In this document: positions 25,403-36,717 of the stretch, in pieces
Position numbering within the stretch: the first letter of the stretch is position 1
How the letters are laid out: each line of letters starts with the position of its first letter
The notes under the pieces: model-generated
Told to the model about the DNA's origin: nothing
What the model saw: the letters and a program-made list of their open reading frames with translations, nothing else
Databases searched by the model: none
Program-made: the position numbers and the translations under genes
Assembly: GCA_051047955.1 (NCBI GenBank)
Contig: JBPGPT010000030.1
Span: forward strand, 1-64,000
Source: Cystobasidiomycetes sp. EMM_F5
Lineage: Eukaryota
DNA: 64,000 nt
Direction of reading: 5' to 3'

Positions 25403-26789
25403 TCATTGCACGTGGAGAACGGTGGGCGAAATGTATCGCTTTTCCAAGCCAGCCAAAACGTCCGCTTTCATCTGAGAGTTTTGTGGATGTATGCATGCGG
25501 TGTCGGATCCACTTAGTGCTACTAAATGCACACTTCTGTATGATTGTTTTCTCACCTTGGGGGAGATTTCTTTGCCATTATCCGCAAAGTATGCTAGCAA
25601 AAGCTGTTTAGACAAGAAGGTATCGCTAAGGGTTCCGAGCAGGCGACCCTGAACGTGTATGTGGCTCAGTAAGACAAGTTCAGAATCAAGACACAGTGCT
25701 CTACCTCGTAGACGACAAGTAGAGCACCATCTTTTGCCCTGCGGCCTAAGAGAAGCGAATTGCCCCGGGGAACCTTTCCTGTGGGGAAGAAGCTCTTGAA
25801 GGTGTCAATAGCGAGTGCAGCGGTCTGTAGCGGATAGCACCGTTCAGCGCTAGCCGAAAGTGAAAACTAGAGTATCTTACTTCTGCTTGCGCCTCGCTTA
25901 TAGCTTGGGATTTAGTCGCAAAATTCAGTCGTGCAAGCATGGCTCGCACGAAGCCGTCGCGAAGGTGACCAAAATCTGTATTCTTGACAGGTACTGGCGA
26001 TCACAAATGAGCATTGCTGGGTATTGCTCATGTTGCTAAGCGAGTCTCACCTATCCGAACAATTGCATCACCAGAATCCAGCAATTTAGAGATGTAGGCC
26101 TCGCAATTGCTCTGTAGATCGGCAGCCGAGATTACTCTCAATTGTGACAGCGCCTCCTGCGTAAAGTAGACTCCGACAGAGTAGACCTGTTTGTCAGTGT
26201 CAGCATTTCAAGGCAGCCATTATGGTCGAGGCCGTGGCTGACCTGCACACGGAGGAATGATCTGGCAACGATTTCAGCATGGTGGATCTTTCTTGCATTA
26301 TTGCCTTAGTATAGACACCTTGCTCACACAACTCGAACGCCCAGACCAATCAGTTCGACTTCATCCATATTCTCCTCTTTCAAGGTCGACGGAAACATGA
26401 TTTTGGTGTCGGGATCCACTATGAGACAACGTAAGAGTACGGTTCTGCCCTGTACAACTTCGGTGCTGGTGCTTACAATGCACAGGTGTCTGGTCTAGCT
26501 GAATGTGCGCAGATATCGGCAAGTCCTTGGGCTCCTCTGCCCGCGCGACCGGTAACCGCAAGAGCGTAGCAAGACTCTCATCAGATGCCTGTACGGTATA
26601 CGAAGCTAATGCTAATGTTGCTGCAAATGAGCCACCCAGGAGCAGGAAGCCCAGACTGCGACCAGTCTGATTTGTCGCGTATGACGCTCGCGAGCTGACG
26701 GAGGCAGATCTGGCACGACATCGGAGACCAGCACCAGCCGTACACCGAAGTACTCGCAGAGATTGCTGCGCTGCATGCCGCTGCATCAT
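25403..26789 (-). CDS. Chalcone-isomerase-fold mitochondrial protein (Aim18/Aim46-like)
   Basis: Spliced LIGLGVRVVSFLRVQVYSVGVY, RIVPVKNTDFGHLRDGFVRA, LLLAYF...ISP; presequence plus TM segment. Confidence 0.85.
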
Positions 26790-26872
26790 TGGGAGCTATC
26801 AGAAATCTTAGCCTCAGAGTCAAATCACATGACTTCCTTTTTGCTATCACCGACTGATTACATCCTGTTCTT

Positions 26873-28889
26873 ATGGCGGGATCAGCAGAGCCTACCACTG
26901 ACCAGGACAACACTGATCATCATGGTGACAATGCTAAAGAGAACAAGGCTGCGTCGCTATTGCAGAAACAGTACAGGTGGGAATGGCTATTTATACATCT
27001 TGGTGGCTGGCTACGATACACCAAGGCGCCGGAGCAGACTCGCAACGAGACTGACATTCGTACTGACTACAGGGGTTATCGTTCGAAGCGAGAGGCAGCG
27101 GGATTGAATATCGAGACCTCCCGAGGAAGAAAGGATACATCACAAACAAAGGATTCCAGTACAAAGCCAGACGAGGGCGGCAATCAATCACAAGACTCAA
27201 ATGACCCTTCCACGCAAAGCAATAATGCAGAAGAAGTCTCGTCCAATGACAGGTGGAACGATGCTTTGGCGTCTGGTGGCATGGCGAACGCATCAAAAGA
27301 GCAGGATCAAGGCAAGAACGATTCCAAGTCGAGGTGGCAGAGATCTGGCATGTATGCCACACGCATAACTGGCACAGACGGAAGGCAAGAGCAGGGTAAT
27401 GATGAAGGACAGAGTCGCGAAGCGAAGGCGAAAGCTTTAGCGCCTAACAAACAAATGTAAGCGATATAATGATTCCCTTCTAGCACGCGGGACCACTGAA
27501 ATTGGACGATACATTGCGCAGGGAAGCTCAATACTGGTGCGAAATGGTCCTTTGGGGCTTAGGTTGCGCAATGCTGAAATCTTGTTGAATCAGGCTTGAG
27601 ATGATTGACTCCAAGCACCGATATGGGGCAAACCTCAAAGGTTATCACGATGCGTGGAATAAGAGCGACACCTCCGACAACTTCTTCCATTGGCTTGACC
27701 ATGGTGAAGGGAGGCACCTCGATTTAGATGACTGTCCCCGCGAACAGCTCGACAAAGAGCAAGTACTGTACCTCAACGCAGAACAGCGCAAGAACTACCT
27801 TGTCGAAGTCCATGATGGCCATTTGCACTGGAAGCGAAACAACATTGCGGTGGATACGGCAAAGAACAGGTGGGAGGATCTAGGGAAAGGGAGGGGAATC
27901 GGCAGAAAGGGCGAAAAGGCGAAATTAGATGGCGAGAAGGGGGAAGGCGCAGATGGAGACGATGATGCCGCCAATGACGCAGCTTCCTCGTCGTCGTCGG
28001 AGTCGTCCCTCTACTCATCTAGCGATAGTGACGCAGAACGGACAAATTTCAAAGAGAAACACTACAATAGTAAGCCAGGTCAGGGAGAATCGAAACGCAA
28101 GTATTGGACCTCGCCCAAGATGGTCATGGACGTGGTTTTACGGAAGACGATCAACGCGTACGTAGTGTTGTCGTTACTAGCTCAGATTCAGCTGACGCGC
28201 GAGTCTGTTGGTACAGGAATACATGGATCTACGTGTGCACCACCACTGGCGATCTCTACATAGGCATCAAATCCACGGGTGGCTTCCAACACAGCAGCTT
28301 CATCTATGGTGCCACCGTGGCTTCAGCGGGGCTGATCAAAGTGAAGAATGGCCAACTCACTTCGTTGTCTCCTCTATCCGGACATTACCGGGCTGGCACT
28401 GTGCACTTTAAGCAATTTCTCAAGACTCTGAGAGAGAAGGGCGTAGACATGTCTGCGGTCTCCGTATCCAAAAGTGTGTTTATTATACGCGGCATTGAAA
28501 AATACGCCAAAGTCAGCAAGAAGAAGAAGAGTCTGAAGGAACGTCTCGCACATAAGCTCCATATCACAACGAAAGCGGAAAAGAAGGAAGCCGAAGAGAA
28601 AGAGAGGAATGACGAAATCGAGCAGAAGGCGCGACAGGGCGCTGGAAAGGAAACGGGTAACCAGAACAGTCACGACCACAGCGCCAGCGACAATGACGAC
28701 GCCGTCACTGGAAACATGCACGATGGCAAACGCAAGGAAGACCTGACGGAGGACGAAAGAGCCGAGAGAGCAATCGCGCTCATACAGAGCGCCATTTCAA
28801 AAGGTCTGAAGAGCAAAGGAGAGGGGAATGAGAGCAGTGCTAAAGCACAGGACACGAGCAATCGCCCCTCAAAAGCCGCAGCGCAATAA
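26873..28889 (+). CDS. IQ calmodulin-binding motif protein (IQM-like)
   Basis: Spliced AASLLQKQYRGYRSKR; LEMIDSKHRYGANL, FFHWLDHGEG, FQHSSF, LSPLSGHYR. Confidence 0.88.
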
Positions 28890-29041
28890 ATTGATGATGC
28901 TGGCAGCTCGCACCCGGCCGGCGAGAATGGGCAAGAGAATCGCCGCGATCAACAGTCGGCATAGAAGTAGTAAATTTTGCTTGTGATGTTACTGCTATTT
29001 GACTTGTCGTTGTCTTATTGTCTTTGTCACTCGGAGATTGT

Positions 29042-30077
29042 TTAATCTATCCATTTAATTGGTTGTTCGTGTTGCCAGAAGAGGCCACTCTGACCTTTGA
29101 TGTCACCAATAGCTAATAGTACTGGGGTCTGGGCTCCCTGATCTGGTGTCTTATTGCCGCCTCCCCTGGTCATGTCCGTCACAACGTAACCTAAAGCATC
29201 ATATTCAGCTCTGCATCAAAGGGGTGGAGGTTGACGCACCTGGACAGCAAGAGTTTATCAGCACGCTACTCCCATTCGCTTTCTCACGCAATGCAATGGC
29301 GCGAGTAGCGCCTATCAATCCCGCCTTTGACACAGCGTACGCTGCACTGGGCCAGCCGGCAGCTTCTTGCGAATCCTTCTTGACGTGTGTGAGGAATTCC
29401 TTCATGAGGTCGGTGTTTTCAGCAATGGTCTGGCTCCGTTCAAACCTGCTTCTGATGTCTGGCGACGCTCTCCTGAGGTGTCCTGCCATGGAAGCGACAT
29501 TGACCAAGCGACCATCGTCGCGAATGAGTGGTAATAATTTCTCCGTAGCTTCCAACGTTCCAAAGTAATTGGATGCCAGAGTTTCCTCCGCTATGTCTAC
29601 GTCTGCAGCAACAGGTATCGATTAGATAACATCGTTTTCGCGTCAAGCAATACGTACTGAATCCAGATCTAGCGATTCCAGCGTTATTGATGACAAAGTC
29701 GATGCTGCCATGTTTTGACTTTAGCATCGCGGCGCAATCCTCAATACTCTGGGAGGACGCAACATCGAGTGATGCGAGCGCAACATCTGCAAGTCCGCCG
29801 TCCTTGCGGAGCGCCTTTGCCTTTGTAAGCTGGTCATCGGACTGCATGGCATCGAGCGCTGCTTTTCCTCTCCCTGAATCGCGGCTTGCAAGGTAGATGA
29901 GGAGCGGTCCATTGTTGAGGCTTGATTTCGGATATTGTAGAGCGAGCTGTCTGACTATGGCGAATCCGATACCCTGTTTATCGACACAGGTAGCAACCAG
30001 TCGATGAGACGACGATGACGCCGACGACTAACCTTGTTTGCGCCCGTTACTAACGCGACGCGGGTATAGTTGGACAT
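29042..30077 (-). CDS. Short-chain dehydrogenase/reductase, carbonyl reductase (CBR1-like)
   Basis: VTGANKG|IG, NNAG, YAVSK catalytic motif, SCCPG|YVVTDM; three introns. Confidence 0.92.
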
Positions 30078-30425
30078 GCTTGAACCTTGAGCTGAAATGT
30101 AGGAAGCCAATCAGCAACTCTTGCTGCGAGACTCGACCGGAGTTGCGACGCGGATCGTCGGTTGATGCCGAAAGGCGGCGCTGGGGTACAGTATTAGCGC
30201 GGAGCCCCAACAACGCACCTCTGCCATGTCCTTCACCTGCACGCAAGACGCACGTCTGGCAGTCGCGACCAAGATGAATGGTTGTACGCCTGCTGAGCAT
30301 ACGCAGCATTATTATTGACACTCGGGCCGAAAGCGTTACCGGCTTGGACTTCGACAAACCGGACATATCCATCTTACCTCTCCAATTGGACGCGTCATTT
30401 ACAATCTATCAAGACGCTTTGAGGT

Positions 30426-31546
30426 ATGGCTGACCGAGCAAACGGGGCTGAGTTCACGCCAGACGCATATCCTCCCTTTCCAGAAAGTCTCGATGGGCAA
30501 ACCGTCAAGCTAGCGACCATTTCGCTCAAGAACCTTCTACATCAGCACCCGGAGGAAGAGCAGCGTGTATTCGAATCATGTTCCGGGCGGGGATTCTTCT
30601 ATTTGGATCTGTCTGATTGCGAAACCGGCACGACAATCCGGCACGGTGCGGATGAGATTGCGGGGCTGGGCGAGCAGATTGGCAAATTACCAATGGACGA
30701 GAAGATGAAGTACCTTCCCAAAGGATCTCTATTTGGCTATAAACCGATAGGATCGTCAGTCACGGACAAGCAAGGCACACGAGACACAGCGGAATTCTTC
30801 AATATCAGCAAAAACGATATGATAGTACCAGACAACCAGATGACTAGGCAATGGCCCACTGCAATCATGGACAAGAAGGCTATGCTGGCTGAATACGTCA
30901 ATGCAGCTCACAGCGTCGGACTCCTGCTGCTCGCAGTATTATCAAGAAAGTTAGGCATTGATCCGAAGGAATTTGCTTGCCGTCATCGGCTGCAAGAGCT
31001 GTCCGGCCATCACATCCGCATAACCCGTGGGCCGCCGCGCAAAACGAAAGAGATGCTAGAAATACAAACGCCCTCTCACACTGATTTTGGTTCGTAAGCT
31101 TGAAACAATGCGCTACTACATTATTGTGTAATGATGACACTTTATCTCGCAGCGTGACAATTTTAATGAACTGGCTCGGCGGCCTTCAAGTATGGTCAGA
31201 GTCATCAAGGCAGACCCGTGCTGGAGATGGCGAACCCGACGTCCCTGGCGAGTGGTTGTGGGTAAGGCCAAAACGAGGATGCGCGATTGTCAACATGGGA
31301 GATGCAGCAGTCAAGTTCAGCAATGGGGTGTTCTGTTCGGGCCGGCATCGAGTTGTGCCTGCGCCGGAAGAACAGGGTTTGTGGCCACGATACAGCGTGG
31401 TCTACTTCGTTAGGCCCGAAGACAAATGCCTGCTGAAGCAATTGCGCGGACCTGGTATTCCGGACGGCCCAGAAGAAGCTGGTATTGAGGCTAAGGAGTG
31501 GATTTTGCAACAGTCAAGGGCGTTGGGAAACAAGATAGGAGATTGA
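30426..31546 (+). CDS. 2-oxoglutarate/Fe(II)-dependent dioxygenase (IPNS-like fold)
   Basis: GFFYL, HTDFG (HxD), GGLQ, VNMGD, HRV and RYS motifs; one intron about 31094-31152. Confidence 0.93.
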
Positions 31547-31728
31547 ATGGGCAAGGTATCACGTTGTTTCTTTGTTTTGAGATTACGACGAGTGTAGCAG
31601 CAAAATTTAGAACGTCTCCATGCTCTATCTCGAAGCCACTTTAATCGTGCCTTTCGGTGACTGCATCGAGCGACATCTGGCAAATTTGTCAGAGCCTTCG
31701 TTATCGAGGTTCCCTCACAGATTGCCAA

Positions 31729-32827
31729 TCAAAGTTGAAAGTTACGGATCACTAGGTGCCTCTTGACTACCTCCTCGCCGTTCTTTGCAGCTCGCTTAAA
31801 TTTCTTTTTGCCTTCCTGGGTGCCAATGTCCATTCCTTCGGAGATGTGGTGCAGACCCAACTCCTCAGCCATCTGGTGCAAGAGCTGCCTCTTCTTACCG
31901 TTGTGTCGATATGAAAAATGGTGATCTTTGGGTTGCGGATCATTCTTGACCGTCAGCATAATATCGTAGTAATACAGCACATCAGGCATGTTGTCAAAGT
32001 CCTGAGCCACGCGCATCGAAACCAAATTCCTGATGTCTGCCGACTGAGAATTGGATTCGCCTCCGGATCCGATAAAGCGCAGCAAGTTTTGAAAGTTGCG
32101 GAAATGACTCCATCCTTGGTTGATTTTCCTGTTGTTGTACTTTACGAGGTAGTCGTTGACTGAAGCAATAACAGAATTGATGGCTTGTTTCTGCTGGTTT
32201 GGAACATCCGGGTTTTTTATGAGGAATATCAAGGTATCGATGCCCTCGGTCCACGCAATCCTCCAGAATCCACCTTTGACTGCCCAGGTGTAGTGCGCCT
32301 TGCTTTCAGCCTCGCCGTGGTCATGGAGGATGATGTGATAATCTGCCTTTTCGTAAGGGCCGCGTCCACATCCATACCAGTCCTTGTAACTTTTGGCATT
32401 ATACTCTGGCTCGTTGCCTTGCTTCTTGGTGATGATACTTCCGAGCTCCTCTTCGTTCTTGATGCGCTCGAGCGCCGCAATCAACCAGGCAACAGACTCA
32501 ATCTGTGCATCCGTCTCATCAATGGCACGAGCGATGTGATCCAAAGGTAGGTCTGCGGAGACTCGAGCGAGTTCCTTCTCATCTCCATCTTTTGACAAAT
32601 GCGCCCAAGCGCAGATTGCCTTGTTGAGACCAGTCCCTTGCAGCCAGACTTTGAGCTGCTTCACCGTCTTGTCATTCAAATCGGCAGGGAGCGCGGCGTG
32701 CATGGCCATCATGGCCGGCCGACGGATCTCTCGCTAGGGACGGCGTATCAGCGCATTAGCGGCGTGCTTTGCATTCCCGCTGCAGACTGACAGGAATTAC
32801 GATAGGCATCAACTTGTTGTCTGCCAT
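31729..32827 (-). CDS. Uncharacterised protein with N-terminal SAP-like helix and C-terminal R3H domain
   Basis: Exon 1 MADNKLMPIVIP, 58-nt intron 32791-32734, then the 327-aa ORF; LNDKTVKQLKVWLQGTGL and KRQLLHQMAEELGLHHISEG...RHLVI. Confidence 0.7.
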
Positions 32828-33107
32828 GATTGTGCGGAGATGAATCGCTAGGGTGCGGGGATGCGTCGCCCAGACCTGCTGATGTTTTGAATGCCGTGCT
32901 TTTGAAAGTGAGGTGTTTGAAGTCTAACAGTGTGTCTCAATATCCCCTGACAGCAAGTGACCGCCCAAGTGAGCTGAGACATTCTGTTGCCACGCGGAGG
33001 GCCTGTTGATGCACGACTTTGCAGCACAAGTCCTTTTTCACATTCACTCCAGAGTATGGCATTTTGCTCGCATCTGCTTGCAATACCATCGTTACCGCCG
33101 GCCTGCC

Positions 33108-35102
33108 ATGGAGGCTGCCATGCAGACGCTCGACCTGTCTGAACCCTCCGTCATTTCAAAGGATCTCATCAAGGCGAAGCTGGTACTCCTGTCACGGCCG
33201 TTGGAGTCTCAGAGACAAGAGGTGTCCGCAGCTTACGCCTGGCTCGCTCGACTCCTTCTTCCCGCTGACCGGAATGGTGCTCCACTTCGGCAAGAGTACC
33301 TCGCAATCCTGGCAGACATTGTCGAGAGCTGGCTAAAAGAGGCCGATCTGCCAGACTTTGACACTGCATTTGGTGCACTTTCAGCCATCCTACAGGTTGA
33401 TGTATCATCGTTTACGTCCATCACTCAAAGAAACGGCTTGGAGGATAATCTCGTCGATGCTGCCGAGACTGTACAGTCGGACTTCAAGCTCGTTAATGAA
33501 GCAGAACGCGATTCTGCAATTTCCAGTCTGACATGTCTCATAGCAAGAGCTGCTGGCTACAAAGCGACAAGACCGCTGGCGCAAAGAATGGCGACCGTCA
33601 ACAGCTCTGGATGGCTCGAACGTCAATTTCGTAATGCCCTCACACCCTCTGTGACTCGAACAGCATCAGCGGTCGCTCTCATCAAGTTCAAGTCTATGTC
33701 GACTGCGAGCGAGCAAGAACAATCGCAAATCAGCCAGACGGCGACTTCGGACGACCTCATTGCTTTGTTCAGTCAGGTATTACAGAAGAATGGCATCACG
33801 TCCCCAGTAGCCACTGAGACGAGTCTTGCACTCGAGGGTCTCGCTCTGCTCAGCTTGAATGTCGACGCCCGTCGACATATAGTCGAAAGTCCTTCACTGC
33901 TCAAGACCCTCATCACCTCGAGCGCCAAAGTAGGTGAAGACGTGCCTTTTAGCCTAGCAACAACCCTATCACAACTTCTCGCCTATCATCGCGCGACGAA
34001 CGATGATGAAGAGAGGATGAAGGAACGGCTGCAAAAGTATGCAAATTCTGCCTACAATTCGGCACAATCAGTCGCAGAGGTAGAAAGCGAGGCTGAAGTT
34101 GACGGGCGATGTCAGAAGTTCCTCCAATTGGGCATCATGGAAGCTGTCAACATGTTTGTGAAGCATCCAAGCACCGCTGTTCGACATCAAGCAGCGAACA
34201 TCTTACTGAGTCTAGTCGATAAACGGGAACGACGCGGTCTCGTAATACAGCAGGGCGGGGCCAAGAATCTGCTCAACGTCATCGGCAGACAGCAAGCTCT
34301 CAACACTCAGGGTGGGCAGCCGACCCGTGAGGATCTCATATGCGTGCAGTCGCTGGCAAAGCTTCTCATTACTACAAATCCGATCCTGGTGGTCGGGCCA
34401 TCCGCAAATTCACCTCTGCTCGTCGGAGTCATCACTCCGTTAAGTCTACCAGTAACGTCTCCGGCTGCAAGTCTGCTGCAGCAATTCGAGAGCTTGATGG
34501 CATTAACAAATATTGCAAGTGTCTCGGATACCCTGCAGGAGCAGATTGCTAGCTTGCCAACCTTCCTCGGTCGCCTTGAAGACATCATGCTCGATGTTGG
34601 TTCTGGCAGTGAGAGCACCTCGGATGCAGTAGATGGGCGAATACTGTGTCGTCGTGCTGCATGCGAGCTACTGTGCAATCTAGTAGGTTGCGAAACCGCT
34701 TTTCTCCGCTACACCGCTGCAGACCAAGAAGACAAGCTGCGATACGGCACATTGCCGGCTGCGGTAGCCAGTCGTATCAAATTACTCGTTGCTTTGTGCA
34801 GTGTCGAAGATCTTCAAACACAATTGGCTGTACTAGGTCTGATGGCGACACTACTGTCTGCACCGACTGTGACGAGGTATATCGCCGCAGAAGATAAGCG
34901 CTTGGATGTCTTTGTTAGTGCTTGCGAAGATGCCGATCCGGGCATTCAGCTCAGAGCCATCGAGTGTGTAAGACAAGTCGCGCATACCGTGCCGCAGAAG
35001 AAGGACAGGATTGTATATGCCCTCCGAACCTGCGCAGCTCGCCTCAGTGCGGATGAAAGCGTCAAGGAGAACGCACAAGAAGCGCTGCGGAGCCTGAAAT
35101 AG
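33108..35102 (+). CDS. SHE4: UCS-domain myosin chaperone (UNC-45/She4/Cro1)
   Basis: RGLVIQQGG, LAKLLITTNP, LLQQFESLMALTNIAS, RRAACELLCNL; single long exon. Confidence 0.9.
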   Translation: MEAAMQTLDLSEPSVISKDLIKAKLVLLSRPLESQRQEVSAAYAWLARLLLPADRNGAPLRQEYLAILADIVESWLKEADLPDFDTAFGALSAILQVDVSSFTSITQRNGLEDNLVDAAETVQSDFKLVNEAERDSAISSLTCLIARAAGYKATRPLAQRMATVNSSGWLERQFRNALTPSVTRTASAVALIKFKSMSTASEQEQSQISQTATSDDLIALFSQVLQKNGITSPVATETSLALEGLALLSLNVDARRHIVESPSLLKTLITSSAKVGEDVPFSLATTLSQLLAYHRATNDDEERMKERLQKYANSAYNSAQSVAEVESEAEVDGRCQKFLQLGIMEAVNMFVKHPSTAVRHQAANILLSLVDKRERRGLVIQQGGAKNLLNVIGRQQALNTQGGQPTREDLICVQSLAKLLITTNPILVVGPSANSPLLVGVITPLSLPVTSPAASLLQQFESLMALTNIASVSDTLQEQIASLPTFLGRLEDIMLDVGSGSESTSDAVDGRILCRRAACELLCNLVGCETAFLRYTAADQEDKLRYGTLPAAVASRIKLLVALCSVEDLQTQLAVLGLMATLLSAPTVTRYIAAEDKRLDVFVSACEDADPGIQLRAIECVRQVAHTVPQKKDRIVYALRTCAARLSADESVKENAQEALRSLK

Positions 35103-35174
35103 GTGGGTGAGGTGCGCTCTAATCATTGTCTATGATCTAACTATCTCATCTATTTCTACAGGCACAAAACACAT

Positions 35175-36534
35175 CTACGCCTTCTTGTCAAAGATGTACG
35201 GCAGGATAAAGGCCAAATTTTTGCGATCCTCCTCTGGCCAAGCCTCTCTCTTGGTCATCACAGAGTACTCCATGCTGCCTTGACGACCATTGCCAAGTGC
35301 TCCGCTCTTGACTGCGCGATGCACCTCGGACAAGATTGCGCTCGTCAAAAGCTTTGAGTTCTCGACGTTCCTGGTCAGCGTTGCAATCACCTCAGCTGTT
35401 GTGACCGGCTCCTCTGACACACGCCATGCATCATAATCGCTAAATCACACTCTCAGCCGTAGGAACAAGAGATGATACCTTTGGAACTTACGTGGCAGTG
35501 CATACTAGCGCATAGTCTATTTCAGCTTCGGCCGCCAGCTTCGATTCTGGAATGGCTGACATGTTCTGCGCGATGAGAAATGTCAGGATTCCCGCATATG
35601 ACAAGCTAAGAGAGGCAAACTGCCGCGTACGATGATGTCTCCACCAATGAGTCGATAGAAATTACTCTCAGCCCGTGTAGAAAAGGCGGGTCTGGACATC
35701 AATCATTAGGGCTTCTGCCGGCAAATCTGCCAGAACACCAGCTGGACATACCCTTCCATGACAACGGCAGTCTTGTAGGCGTGCAGTTTCGGGCGGGGTG
35801 CGTCTGTTACCGGAAGCTTGGGCAAGGTAGCCTCAACGAGCGGAACGATCAGCTTGAGGAGACCGCCGGAGAAGGGGTCGCCAAACATGGCATGCGCAAC
35901 CAGTCTGTCTGGGAAGTATGTTGATGCTCGAATGCCCTGGAAAGCACATGCAGCATGTCAGCCATGAATGCCGCCAACCCTGAGGTCCAGCATATAGGCT
36001 TACTTTGGTCCGGTCGATGAGCTGATCTGGTAGGACGATATCGCCAGGAGCAATCTCTTCGCGGAGACTACCAACAGCGCTGAACGCAACGATAGCCTTG
36101 ACTCCAATGCTTTTGAATGCCGCAATGTTTGCTCGCGATGGGACAGTCGATGGTGTAATGTGATGATTGACGCCGTGTCGGGCAATGAATGCAATTTCTT
36201 CGCCGCTCGGGAGCGCAAAGATGGCTATGGGAGATGACGGCTTTCCCCATGGCTGCGAGTGGATGTGTCAGCCAGGGACACAGTCTTTCTGCTCGGTGCA
36301 GTTCAATTTGCTGACCGTGTCGACCTCAAACTCGCGGACGACTTTGAGATTATCGAGCTTGTACAAGCCTGCGGGGATCAGAAACAGTAAGCCATAGTGT
36401 CGATGCCGTCTATTTGCAAGCAAGGCTGTACCAGACCCTCCAATGACACCTTTTGGCTGAACAGTCAGCCATGGGAACCCGAGCGATAAACGCACTGAGC
36501 ACTGCCTACCGAGGACGATATTTGAAGTCGACAT
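35175..36534 (-). CDS. MEU1: S-methyl-5'-thioadenosine phosphorylase
   Basis: Spliced [66 protein letters not shown]. Confidence 0.94.
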
Positions 36535-36717
36535 GGTTGCAATCTTTGGCTATGACTCGGAGTCTGAAGACAGGCTGCAAACGCAAGCTTGCCTGCTCTG
36601 CTCGGTCAACCCAATAAAGGGGTTACGTCGGTCGCGACGGTCGAGCTACAACAACACAAAGACGGACTCGCTACATATACTCTACTCCACACGTCTTGCA
36701 CACCTGCTAAACTCGCA

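Noticed and set aside
25472..25555. 84-nt in-frame stop-free last intron of the Aim18-like gene
   Set aside because: Falls near the C-terminus with no evident motif disrupted; such introns arise by chance at this GC content.
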